From contig CAVVIF010000009.1 of assembly GCA_963748285.1 (NCBI GenBank), positions 1,171,217-1,235,216 of the forward strand: a stretch of 64,000 bases of DNA, in the 5' to 3' direction. The position numbers and the translations under genes are program-made. Shown one piece after another: positions 21,593-32,062 of the stretch. The DNA is from an uncultured Microthrixaceae bacterium (lineage in GTDB: Bacteria; Actinomycetota; Acidimicrobiia; Acidimicrobiales; DATDAH01). Under the pieces are notes generated by a model, which worked only from the letters and a program-made list of their open reading frames with translations, was not told the DNA's origin and made no database searches. The first letter of the stretch is position 1. Every line of letters begins with the position of its first letter.

Positions 21593-22486
21593 CTACCGGG
21601 CGTCCCCCGGCCCGGGGAGGGCCACCGCCCGGACGGCGGCCTCGACCGCGAGGGTGGCCAGCCAGCCGACCAGGTCGACCGCGGCCGGCACCCGGCCGGT
21701 CGCGGCGGCCACCAGCCCGTCCCCGTCGACGGTCGTGTGCACGGGGACCAGGGCCCGGGAGAGACCGCCGTGGCCCGCCCGCGCCACGAGGTGGCAACCC
21801 GCCTTGTCCAGCTCGGCGTCGGTGACGACCACCCCGATGGTCGTGTTGCCGTACTCGGTGCTGCCCACCGCCTCGTCCACGGCCACCGGCCGGGTCGGCG
21901 CGACCGGCTGGTGGGTCCCGTCGTCGATCCAGCCCACGGCGTTGACGGCCACGAGGGCCGAGACGGTCACCCCCTCCGCCCGGACCGTCGCCGTCCCCAG
22001 GCCACCGGGGACGGCGTGCTCCCGGCCCAGCCACTTGCCCATGGTCGCCCCGGCCCCGGCGCCGACCCGTCCGTCCGCCACGGGCCCTGCGGCGGCCGCC
22101 CGGCAGGCGGCCGCACCCTCCTGGGGGCCCGGTCGCACCGTCGGGTCACCCTGGGTCAGGTCGAACAGGCCCAGGCCCACCACGATCGGGACGGGTCCGC
22201 CCGGGGTGGCCAGGCCGACGCCCTCGGCGCGGAGGACCTCCAGCACGCCGTCAACCGCGGCCAGGCCGAACACGGAGCGGCCCGCCAGGACCACCGCGTC
22301 CAGGCGCACGACGGTCTTGTCCGGGGCGAGCAGGACCGCGTCGCGGGTGGCGGGCGCGCCGCCGCGGAACTCCCCCGACGCCACCGTCCCCTCGGGGAGG
22401 CGGACCACGGTGCAGCCGGTGGACCCGTCCGGCGCCGTCCAGTGCCCGACGCGCACATCGTCGACGTCGGTGATCATGCTCCCCAC
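21593..22486 (-). CDS. P1 family (DmpA/S58) peptidase
   Basis: ITDV..VRVGH, TGCTV, RGGAPATR, GAGAGAT, GNTT, T.DGD. Confidence 0.88.
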   Translation of the reverse strand: MGSMITDVDDVRVGHWTAPDGSTGCTVVRLPEGTVASGEFRGGAPATRDAVLLAPDKTVVRLDAVVLAGRSVFGLAAVDGVLEVLRAEGVGLATPGGPVPIVVGLGLFDLTQGDPTVRPGPQEGAAACRAAAAGPVADGRVGAGAGATMGKWLGREHAVPGGLGTATVRAEGVTVSALVAVNAVGWIDDGTHQPVAPTRPVAVDEAVGSTEYGNTTIGVVVTDAELDKAGCHLVARAGHGGLSRALVPVHTTVDGDGLVAAATGRVPAAVDLVGWLATLAVEAAVRAVALPGPGDAR

Positions 22487-22532
22487 TCAACCATGATCAC
22501 GCACCGGCCAGGGCATCTACGCTCGGCGGGGC

Positions 22533-23162
22533 GTGAGCGCCCCGGACCCCCCGATCCCCGTCCCGCCCGAGGACCGGCTCGCGGACCACCTCCCGGAGGG
22601 CGCGGGCAAGGTGCTCCGCCAGATGGCGGCGGTCGACCGCGAGGTCTACCGGGCGATCGCCACCGTGCCCACGCCGTCGCTGGACGAACCCCTCCGCCGC
22701 CTGTCGGCCGTGGCCGACCACTCGAAGCTCTGGGTCGGCATCGCCGGCGCGCTCGCCGTCGTCGGCGGCCGCCGCGGACGACGGGCCGCCGTCACCGGCC
22801 TGGTCGCCCTCGCGGTGAACTCCGCCGCCGTGAACCTGCCGATGAAGGTCGCCAGCCGGCGGCCCCGCCCCGATCGGCACGGGGCCGGCGTCCCGTCGGA
22901 CCGCTGGCGGCCCATGCCAACCTCCACATCGTTCCCGTCCGGGCACTCGGCGTCGGCGTTCGCCTTCGCCGGCGCCGTGTCCGCCGTCGTCCCCGCGCTC
23001 ACCATCCCCCTGCGCGGGCTGGCTACCGCCGTCGCCTACTCCCGCGTCCACACCGGGGTGCACTACCCCGGCGACGTCCTGGCCGGCAGCCTGGTCGGCG
23101 CCACCATCGGCGAGGCGACGGCGGTCGCCGGACGGGCCGTCGCCCGGCGCCGAGGGGCCTGA
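22533..23162 (+). CDS. PAP2 family phosphatase
   Basis: K-x6-RP, SFPSGH, SRVHTGVHYPGDV motifs. Confidence 0.92.
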   Translation: MSAPDPPIPVPPEDRLADHLPEGAGKVLRQMAAVDREVYRAIATVPTPSLDEPLRRLSAVADHSKLWVGIAGALAVVGGRRGRRAAVTGLVALAVNSAAVNLPMKVASRRPRPDRHGAGVPSDRWRPMPTSTSFPSGHSASAFAFAGAVSAVVPALTIPLRGLATAVAYSRVHTGVHYPGDVLAGSLVGATIGEATAVAGRAVARRRGA

Positions 23163-23171
23163 GCCGCCCGC

Positions 23172-24562
23172 TCAGTCCCCTGGGGTGTCCTGGGGGAGGC
23201 CACGGCCGGCCGCGAGGCCGACGAGCGCTCGCACCGTCCAGCCCAGTGAGCGGTCCTTCAGGGCCGCGGGGGAGCTGCCCCAGGAGGCGCTCGGCACCCG
23301 GACCCGCAGGGCCCCGGGGTGGCACTGGAACTCGAGGGGGGGATCGAGCAGGAGGGCCTCACCGTCGACCCCGGCCTCGACCGGGCTGTCGGAGTGCACG
23401 GTGAACGCCGGGGTGGCCCACGCCTCGTAGCCCCGAAAGTGCTGGATCCGGCCGGCCGCCTCCGCGGCCACCATCTGGCTCACGTCCTTCGCTCCGTGGA
23501 CCTCGACGGTCACGACCCCCAGGGTGCCGGTGTCCAGACGGGCCCGACTGCCGAACCCTCCGAGGCGGGCGAGCTGATAGGGGTTGTTGGACACCATGAT
23601 GAGCTCCGCCCCCGACTGCTCGGAGCCGTCGCGGACCGACATGGCGGAGGTCGAACGGGTCGGCGTCGGGCCCCACCAGCTCGGGCAGGAGCTTGGCGAT
23701 GGTCTGGCGCTTGGCGTCCCGGTACTCGTCGGACTGCACGACCTTCGCGTAGACGCCCGAGCGAGACGTTGTTGACGAAGACCCGGTCCCCGACCGTCGC
23801 CAGGTCGATCCGCCGCTCGACCGCGTCGCCGAAGGCGTCGAGGGCGCCGACCACGTCCTCCCGGTCGAGACCGAGGTCGAGGGCGAAGTGGTTCCGGGTC
23901 CCGGCGGGGATGCACACCATGGCCACGTCGGCGGCCATGGCCATCGACGCCACGAGGGCCTGGGAACCGTCGCCGCCCGCCATGCCGATCACGTCGGCGC
24001 CACCGTCGATGGCGTCTTGGGCCAGTTGGCGCAGGTCGTCGCCCGGGCGGAGTACGACGGCCTCGACGCCGACCCGGCGCGCCTCCTCCTCCAGCCCGAA
24101 GCGTTCGGCCTTCCCCCCACCGGACTTGAGGTTCATGATGAGCACGCCCTGGCGGGCCGGGCCCACCTCTGCGCCGGGCGTGGCGGCCGCTCGCAGGCTC
24201 AACCGGTCCCTCCGGAGGGCGTACGTCGACAGGGCCGCCGACCCCGACACGAGGGCGACGACCACGACCGCCATGAGCCCGCGGGCTTCGGCCGTGAGGA
24301 CGACCACGACCACGCTCACCACCGCGAGGACGGCGAGCACCCCGGCGACGACCCGGGTCCGGCCCCGCCGCGTGGCCGCGGACCAGGCGAGGGCAACGGC
24401 GACGAGGATCAGCACCACGGCGGCCGCCGCTCGGCCGAGGTCCCCGCGCATGCTCAGGGCGCCGGTCACCAGCGCGACCCCGCCCAGCCCGAGGGCGGCC
24501 ACCGCGGCCAGGCGCCGCCGCAACGCGTCGGTCCTGCGGGTCGACGGGTCGATGGCGGTCAT
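23172..24562 (-). CDS. Membrane-anchored diacylglycerol kinase family protein (frameshifts near 23640 and 23760)
   Basis: Four N-terminal TMs, NLKSGGGK, AGGDGS, PAGTRNHFA, FVNNVS, MVSNNPY, VDGE. Confidence 0.85.
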
Positions 24563-26294
24563 TCGTCCTCACCTTCCGGCGGCAGTGCGCCCAGGGCCTG
24601 GGCGGCCGCCAGTGCGGTCTCCAGGGTCGGGTAGAAGTGGTCGGCGTCGAGCGTCTCGAGCAGGCCGTACCGCAGGGTCAGGTCCTGCAGCCGGCTGCGC
24701 ATCTCGGCGAACGCGATGTGCACCCCCGCGTCGTTGAGCTCATCGTCGAGCTGCCGGAGCATCTCGGCGGCGGTGACATCGATGTCGGTGATCGCCTCGC
24801 ACTGCAGGACGACCCACACCGGTCGGTGCTCGTGCACGAGGTGGCGCACCTGCTCGCGGAACGCTCCCGCGTTGGCGAAGAACAGCGGCGCCTCCCACCG
24901 GTAGACCACGATGCCCGGGAGCTGCTCCGCCTCGGGATAGTCCTCGATGCTGTGCCACCCCTCGACCTCCGAGACGTGACCGAGGACCGCCCCGTGCGGC
25001 CACCAGCTGCGCCGGAAGAAGAGCAGGACGGCCAGCACGATGGCCACCACGATCCCCTCGAGCACACCGAAGAAGATGACCCCAGCGGTGGCGACGAGGG
25101 AGAGCACGAAGGCGCTGCGCCGGACGGTCAGGTAGCGCCTCAGCACCCCGAGGTCCATCAGCGAGAGGGCGGCGGCGATGACCACGGCGGCCAGCGCCGA
25201 CTGGGGGAGGTCGGCCAGCAGGCCGTTCAGGAAGAGCAGCAGGACCACGACCACCCCGGCGCCGACGAGGCCGGTCACCTGGCTCTTGGCCCCGGACTCC
25301 TCGGCCACCGCCGTGCGCGAGCCGCTGGTGGACACGGCAAAGCCCTGGAAGAAGGCGGCGGTGATGTTGGCCGCCCCCATCCCGATCATCTCCTGGTCGG
25401 GCTCGACCTCGTCCCCCCGGCGGGCGGCGAAGGACGGCGGCGGTGGCGATGGTGTCGGTGAGGGAGACCATCGTGATGCCCACGGCGGCGATGAGCAGCG
25501 GGCCGATGTCGCTCGCGCTGGTCCAGGGCAGCTCGGGCGAGGGGACCCCGGCGGGCAGCACGCCGACGGTGTCGACCCCCTCGTCGGCCAGGCCGAGCAG
25601 GGCCGAGACGGCGGTCGCGCCGACGACACCGACCAGGACCGCCGGGACCCGGGTGGTGAGCCGAGGGAGGCCGAGGAGGACGACGAGGACGCCCACCCCC
25701 ACCGCGAGGGTGGCGGCGTCGGTCTGGTCGATGCCCTCGACGAACGCCCGGACGTCCTCGATGAAGTCGTCGCCGTCGGTCGAGAAGCCGAACAGCTTCG
25801 GCAGCTGGCTCACGATGATCGTGATGGCGAGGCCGTTCATGTAGCCGACCTGGACCTCGCTGGAGAGCAGGTCGGCGACGAAGCCGAGCTTGCCCAGCCC
25901 GAGCCCCACCTCGATCAGGCCCACGATGAGGGCGAGCATCCCCGCCAGGGCGATGGCGCTCTCGGGGTCGTCGGTCACGAAGAGAGGGGTGATCGCCGCC
26001 AGGATCAGCGGGGACACCGACGAGTCCGGGCCGAGGACCAGCACCCGCGAGGGCCCGAACACGGCGTAGCCCACCAGACAGGCGACGGTCGTGTAGAGCC
26101 CGGTGACGGCCGGCAGCCCGGCCAGCTCGGCGTAGGCCATGCCCTGGGGGACGAGGATGGCCGCCAGCACGACACCGGCGACGAGGTCCGACCGGAGCCA
26201 GCTGCGCTGGTAGGTCCGGGCCATGCGGACCCCGGGGACCCAGCCGTCGAGGCCGCCCGCCCGCGGGGGATCCTGCCGGTTGTCTGGAGCTCAC
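24559..26294 (-). CDS. SulP family anion transporter with STAS domain (frameshifts near 25440 and 26260)
   Basis: DLVAG...VPQGMAYAELAGLP..GLY, STSGSRT, PLFFANA, ITDIDVTA; ORFs 24740..26224 and 24559..25629 join. Confidence 0.88.
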
Positions 26295-26334
26295 CGGGCG
26301 AACGTAGTCCTGCCAAGGAGGCCAAGAGCGCAGA

Positions 26335-26351
26335 TCATCCATCGAGGGTGA
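26335..26351. promoter_or_regulatory. Putative operator TCAT-N9-GTGA
   Basis: TCATCCATCGAGGGTGA in the divergent SulP / membrane protein-GAD intergenic region; matches the 7530 site. Confidence 0.45.
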
Positions 26352-26433
26352 CGCTCCGGACGTCCCCGAGTGCGCAAGGATGATGGGAGTGGCGAGGGGG
26401 CAGGGGGTCCCCGCGCAGAACCAGGAGACGGAC

Positions 26434-26838
26434 ATGAGCAACAACGAACCGAGTGGGGGCGCAGCCATCGGCTGGTCGGCTTTCGCCGCCTTCATGCTGA
26501 TGATGATGGGGATCTTCCAGGCCCTGGCCGGCATCGCCGCCATCGCCAACGATGACCTGTTCGTCGCGGGCCAGGACTACGTGGTCAAGCTGGACACCGA
26601 CCAGTGGGGCTGGGTCCACCTGATCATCGGCATCCTGGTGTTCCTGGCCGGCCTCGGCATCTTCTCGGGCAACGTGCTGGCCCGTACCGTCGGCGTACTC
26701 GTCGCCCTCGGCAGCGCCGTCGCCAACTTCGTCTGGCTGCCCATCCAGCCCGTGTGGAGCTCGATCATGATCGCCGTCGCGGTGGCGGTCATCTGGGCCC
26801 TGACGGCCCACGGGCGAGACATCGCCATGGACACCTGA
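26434..26838 (+). CDS. Small 4-TM membrane protein (DUF7144-like)
   Basis: GW..FAA.ML, G.FQ...GI.AI, WGWVHL, NF.WLP..P.WS; RBS AGGAGA. Confidence 0.8.
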   Translation: MSNNEPSGGAAIGWSAFAAFMLMMMGIFQALAGIAAIANDDLFVAGQDYVVKLDTDQWGWVHLIIGILVFLAGLGIFSGNVLARTVGVLVALGSAVANFVWLPIQPVWSSIMIAVAVAVIWALTAHGRDIAMDT

Positions 26839-26908
26839 GTCCGCTTGCACCCGCCACGGCGGCACGACCTGCCGGTCGTGCCGCCGTGGCGCGTGGGGAC
26901 ACGGTGCG

Positions 26909-27520
26909 GTGAGCCGGGCGCACCCGAGGGGTGCCGCCTGGTGGATGGACGCCCTGTTCATGGTGGGCTCGCCTGCTTCGCCCTCGGGGCCTTCCAGCCC
27001 TTCGCCAGCGCGGTGGCCCCCAACCTCGTGGTCACCGTCTTCTTCGTGGGCTCCCTGTTCTTCACCAGCGCGGCCACGCTGCAGTACCTGCAGACCACCG
27101 GCGGGAGGCTGCTGGCCTGGCAGCCGGCCGACCTCGCCTGGGCCGCGTCGCTCATCCAGCTGGTCGGCACCCTCTGGTTCAACGTCAACACCGCCGCCGC
27201 CCGCCTCACGGGCCTCGACGCCGCCGCAGGAGAACCTGCGGGTCTGGACCCCCGACTACATCGGGTCGGTGTGCTTCCTCGTCGCCAGCCTGCTGGCGGT
27301 CAGGACCCTCGACCGCCCGCCCTGGCGCGCCGGTCGCCCCTGGCGCGTCGCCGGGCTCAACCTGCTCGGCTCGATCTTCTTCATGGCTGCGGCGATCGCC
27401 GCGTTCGTCCTGCCCGACACCGGTGACCTCGTCGACAGCTCGGTGGCCAACACCGGCACGCTCCTGGGCGCCGTCTGCTTCTTCGTGGCCGCCCGGATCG
27501 AGATCACCCCCGAGGAATGA
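26909..27520 (+). CDS. Hypothetical membrane protein, YrhK-like repeats (frameshifts near 26970 and 27225)
   Basis: Repeated F..GS.FF hydrophobic units (FMVGS, FFVGSLFF, IGSVCF, LLGSIFF) across ORFs 26845 and 26909. Confidence 0.65.
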   Translation: MSRAHPRGAAWWMDALFMVGSPASPSGPSSPSPARWPPTSWSPSSSWAPCSSPARPRCSTCRPPAGGCWPGSRPTSPGPRRSSSWSAPSGSTSTPPPPASRASTPPQENLRVWTPDYIGSVCFLVASLLAVRTLDRPPWRAGRPWRVAGLNLLGSIFFMAAAIAAFVLPDTGDLVDSSVANTGTLLGAVCFFVAARIEITPEE

Positions 27521-27577
27521 CGGTGCGGCCTTCCCGACCGTGAAAACATCCCTCCGGACGACGACGAAGGACCAGCC

Positions 27578-28969
27578 ATGTTCCAGCACAGCAAGAACGA
27601 CGCCGACGACGCCCTCGCGCCCACCTACGGCAGCCGGTACGTCTCGGACCCGATCCCCAAGTACCGGCTCCCCGACGACGACATGCCGGCCCGCAGCGCT
27701 TACCAGATCATCCACGACGAGCTGGCCCTCGACGGCAACCCGGCCCTGAACCTGGCCACGTTCGTGACGACCTGGATGGAGCCCGAAGCCGAGCTGCTCA
27801 TGGCCGAGAACCTCAACGTCAACAGCATCGACCAGGACGAGTACCCGGCGACCACCGAGATCTCGAACCGCTGCGTCAGCATCCTGGCCGACCTCTTCCA
27901 CGCCGACGACGCCGAGCACGCCATGGGCACCCCGACGGTCGGCTCGTCAGAGGCCATCCACCTCGCCGGTCTCGCCATGAAGTGGCGGTGGCGGGCCCGC
28001 CAGGAGGCGGCGGGCCAGCCCACCGACCGGCCCAACCTCGTCATGAGCGAGACCGTTCAGGTCTGCTGGGAGAAGTTCGTCCGCTACTTCGACGTCGAGC
28101 CCCGGATGATCCCGATCACGCCAGAGCGGACGGTGATCGACGTCGACCTCGCCATGGCCCAGGTCGACGAGAACACGATCGGCGTGGTGGGCATCCTCGG
28201 CTCCACCTACACCGGCGAGTTCGAGCCCATCCAGGACCTGTCCGACGCCCTCGACGCCCATCAGGAGCGGACCGGCATCGACGTCCCCCTCCACGTCGAC
28301 GGGGCCAGTGGTGCGTTCGTCGCGCCGTTCACCCAGCCCGACCTGGCGTGGGACTTCCGCCTTCCCCGGGTGAAGTCGATCAACGCCTCGGGCCACAAGT
28401 ACGGGCTGGTCTACCCGGGCGTGGGTTGGGCCCTCTGGCGGGACAAGAGCCACCTGCCCGAGGACCTCATCTTCCACACCAACTACCTCGGGGGCGACCA
28501 GCCCACCTTCGACCTGAACTTCTCCCGGGGTGCCAGCCAGATCATCGCCCAGTACTACAACTTCCTCAGGATGGGCCGGGCGGGGTACACGGAGGTCATG
28601 ACCCGGCTGTCGGACACGGCGGCGTACCTGAGCGACCTGGTCGACGCCAGCCCGTTCCTCGAGCTCATGAGCAAGCCGAAGGCCCTGCCGCTGGTGTGCG
28701 CTCGCGTGACCGACGACGCCGGGTTCACCGCCTACGACCTGAGCGCCAAGATGAAGGAGCGGGGCTGGATCGTGCCCGCCTACACCCTGGCGGCGAACGC
28801 CGACCACGTCTCGGTGCTCCGGGTGGTCGTCCGCGAGGGCCTGAGCTCGGACATGGCCGACATCCTCGTGGCCGACTTCCGGCGGGCCGCCGAGGAGCTC
28901 GGGGGGACACTCGCCCCGGCCCCGACCCGGGGGACCCACCACCCCCACCACCGAGGCAAAGTCTGCTAG
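27578..28969 (+). CDS. gadB: Glutamate decarboxylase
   Basis: LDGNPALNLATFVTTWMEP, DEYP, VGSSEA, VQVCWEKF, HVDGASG, SGHKYG, LNFSR, GWIVPAY. Confidence 0.95.
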   Translation: MFQHSKNDADDALAPTYGSRYVSDPIPKYRLPDDDMPARSAYQIIHDELALDGNPALNLATFVTTWMEPEAELLMAENLNVNSIDQDEYPATTEISNRCVSILADLFHADDAEHAMGTPTVGSSEAIHLAGLAMKWRWRARQEAAGQPTDRPNLVMSETVQVCWEKFVRYFDVEPRMIPITPERTVIDVDLAMAQVDENTIGVVGILGSTYTGEFEPIQDLSDALDAHQERTGIDVPLHVDGASGAFVAPFTQPDLAWDFRLPRVKSINASGHKYGLVYPGVGWALWRDKSHLPEDLIFHTNYLGGDQPTFDLNFSRGASQIIAQYYNFLRMGRAGYTEVMTRLSDTAAYLSDLVDASPFLELMSKPKALPLVCARVTDDAGFTAYDLSAKMKERGWIVPAYTLAANADHVSVLRVVVREGLSSDMADILVADFRRAAEELGGTLAPAPTRGTHHPHHRGKVC

Positions 28970-29003
28970 CCACGGGAGCGTGAGGGGGGACGGGGAAGGC
29001 CCG

Positions 29004-31437
29004 ATGACCGAGACGGTCGCCCCCGAGACCGACGAGGACGCCCGCGGCCTGATCCCCGTCCTCACGTCGGTCATCCGCCGCCGGTGGACCTCGTCGGTGT
29101 TCGGCATCGTGGCCCCCGGCGCCGTCCGCCGGCGGCCGAGCGACATCGGCCGGGTCATCACCGCGGTCGTCGTCATCGCCGGCGATCTCGGTGAGCGCCC
29201 AGGCGGTCACCAGCCTCGAGGCCCGGGTGTACGACCTCGTGGCCGCCCTGCCGGAGGGCCTGACGGGGCTCTTCGAGGTGCTCTACCGCCTCGGCGGGGT
29301 CGTCGCCGGCATCCTCGCCCTCAGCGCCCTCATCGCCCGGCGGGGCCGTCTGCTCCTCACCCTCCTCCTCGCCTTCGCCGTCGGGTTGGGCGTCGCCGCC
29401 GCGCCTGTCCGGCCTCGTCGACATCACCCAGGCCCTCGAAGCGGCCGGAACGAACCTCCGCGGCCACAACCCGGACTTCCCGGTCGTGCCCCTGGCGGCG
29501 TCCCTCGCCGTGCTCCTCGCCGCCCGCCCGTACCTCACCCGCCCGACCCGACGCATGGTCGAGATCGTGTTCTGGCTCTCGGCCCTCGCCGCGGTGTACC
29601 TGGCCGAGGGCCTGCCCGTCTCGGTCCTGGCCAGCCTCGTGCTGTCCTGGGGCGCAGCGGCGGTGGCCCACTTCGCCCTGGGGTCACCGGGGGGCACGCC
29701 CGCCATCCGGCAGGTCGCGGCCTCGTTGCGCGACCTCGGCGTGGCCAACGACGGCCTCCAGCTCGCGCCAGGAGCAGACCTGGGGCCACACGGCCTACAC
29801 CAGCGAGGTCGACGACCGCCTCGCCGTCGAGGTCGTGGGTCGGGACAGCACCGACGCCCGGCTGTTCGCCAAGATCTGGCGATCGGTCTGGTACAAGGAC
29901 GCGGGGCCCACGCTCTCGCTCCGACGGGGCCAGCAGGTCGAGCACCAGGCCCTGACCCTCCTGCTCGCCGATCGCACCGGGGCCCGCGTCCCCGACCTCG
30001 TCGCCGTGGGGATCGCCGGCGCCCGGGACGACGCCGTCCTCGTGGTCCGCAACCCGCCGGGACGGACCCTGGGCGACCTCGACCCCGACGGCGATCGGCG
30101 ACGGCGTGCTCGATGACGCCTGGACGAACCTCGGCCGCCTGCACGACGCCGGGATCGCCCACGGCGACCTCACCGCCCGGCGGATCGTGGTCGACGACGA
30201 CGGGCGCACGGGCCTGGTGCGCATGGACCGGTCCGAGACCTCCGCCCCCTCCGACCACCTCGCCCTCGACGACGCCCAGCTGCTCGCGGTCACCGCCGAT
30301 GTCGTGGGCGTCGACCGCGCCCTGGCCGCCGCCCGACGGGTCCGCGGCGACGACGGCCTCGCCGTCCTCCTGCCCTACCTGGAGCCCGCGGCCTTCTCGA
30401 GCCGGTCGCGCTCCACCATCGAGGACCTGAAGGCGCTCCTGGGCGACCTGCGCGAGGCCGGGGCGGCGCTCACCGGCACCGAGGCCCCGGAGCTGGCGAC
30501 GCTCCGCCGCTTCTCCCTCGGGGGCATCTTCCTCGCCGCCGCCTTCCTCTTCGGCCTCTACCTGCTCGTGGTCCAGCTGGCCGGCGTGGCCGCCATGGGC
30601 GACGTCTTCGAGGGCGCCATCTGGGAGTGGGTGGTGGCCACCGCGGTGATCGCCCTGCTCCCGCCACTCAGCCAGGCCGTGGCCATGCTCGGAGCGGTGG
30701 CCACCACGCTGCCGCTGCGGCCCGTGACCGTGGTCCAGTACGCCCAGTCGTTCACCGGCCTGGTCGGCGGCACCGCGGGCAACGCCACCCTGTCCATCCG
30801 CTTCTTCCAGAAGCAGGGGCTCCCGCCCACGTTGGCGGTCAGCTCCGGCGTCCTCAACTCCGCCGCCGGCTTCGTCGTCCAGATCGTGCTCGTGGTCACC
30901 GGCCTGCTGGTCACCGGCTCCTCCTTCGACCTCGACAGCGACGACTCGGGTGTGCCCGGGTGGGTGTACGCGCTCGTCGTCATCGCCGTCCTGGCCGTCG
31001 TGGCGGTCCTCATCGTCCCCCGGCTCCGGCGCCGCGCGAAGGAGATCGTCGCCCACCAGCTCAGGGAGGCCTGGGACAACATCAGTGGGGTCCTGTCCAC
31101 CCCGCGGAAGGCCCTCGAGCTCTTCGGGGGCAACCTCGTGTCCCAACTCCTCTTCGCCGCCGTGCTCGGCCTCGCCCTGCACGCCTACGGCGAATCGCTT
31201 CCGCTCCTGCAGCTGGTGGTCATCAACTCCTTCGCCTCGTTCGTCGGCGGTGCGGTCCCCGTACCCGGCGGCATGGGTGTGGTGGAGGCGGGGTTGATCG
31301 CCGGGTTCACCTCCGCGGGGATCCCCCAGGCCGAAGCAGTGGCGGCCACGTTCACCGCCCGCATGTTCACCACGTACCTGAGCCCGATCTGGGGCTGGTT
31401 CGCCTTCCAGTGGCTGCGGCGCAAGGACTACGTCTGA
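29004..31437 (+). CDS. Membrane protein: TM region + degenerate kinase-like domain + LPG-synthase/flippase-like TM domain (about four frameshifts)
   Basis: RRRPSD N-terminus, VEHQAL...VPDLV, HGDL, C-terminal PVPGGMGVVEAGL...R.FT.YL typical of LPG_synthase_TM. Confidence 0.8.
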
Positions 31438-32060
31438 GCCCTCCGGGTGTGGTGACGGTGCTCGTCGCCCAGCACGGCGTCGAGGAGGGCGCCGACGGTG
31501 ACCCCGGCGCCGAAGCCGGCGGTGACGTCCAGGGGGTTGTGGGCCCCGACGTACACCCGGCCGAAGGCGACCAGGCCCACCGCGGCCCACGGGAGCGCTG
31601 ACCACCGGCGCGGCAGCATGGGGGTCAGGACCGCCGCCAGGGCGGCCACCAGGATGACGTGGCCCGACGGGAAGCTGTGGCCCTCCACCGGGACGTCGCC
31701 CCGGAGCACGGCGCCGACCTGTGAGGTGCCGGGCCGATGCCGCTCCATGGCGCTGGTCATCCGGTCCCGGATCACTCGCTCGACCACCAGCTTGAGGCCC
31801 ACCGCCGCCATCGCGGCGAGGGCCACTTGGGGGCGCCGACCGATCAGGGCGACGGCGAGCGCCACCACGGCTCCCACCACGAGGTTCCCGAGCTGCATCG
31901 GGCCCCACAACACGGGATAGAGCCAGTCCGGTGAGCCGTTGACCAGGTGGAAGACCCGTGACTCCGCCCGCCGGTGGTCCTCGGCCACGGCGAAGTGGGT
32001 GGAGAGGGCAAATGCCGTCGCCCCCGCGCCCGCCAGCGCCAAGGCCTGCGTGCGGCGCAC
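31428..32060 (-). CDS. PAP2 family phosphatase
   Basis: RP, SFPSGH, RVYVGAHNPLDV motifs. Confidence 0.88.
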   Translation of the reverse strand: MRRTQALALAGAGATAFALSTHFAVAEDHRRAESRVFHLVNGSPDWLYPVLWGPMQLGNLVVGAVVALAVALIGRRPQVALAAMAAVGLKLVVERVIRDRMTSAMERHRPGTSQVGAVLRGDVPVEGHSFPSGHVILVAALAAVLTPMLPRRWSALPWAAVGLVAFGRVYVGAHNPLDVTAGFGAGVTVGALLDAVLGDEHRHHTRRAQT

Positions 32061-32062
32061 GG

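Noticed and set aside
29173-31908. 911-aa minus-strand ORF
   Set aside because: Antisense shadow of the flippase fusion with Arg/Gly/Pro-rich, non-protein-like composition
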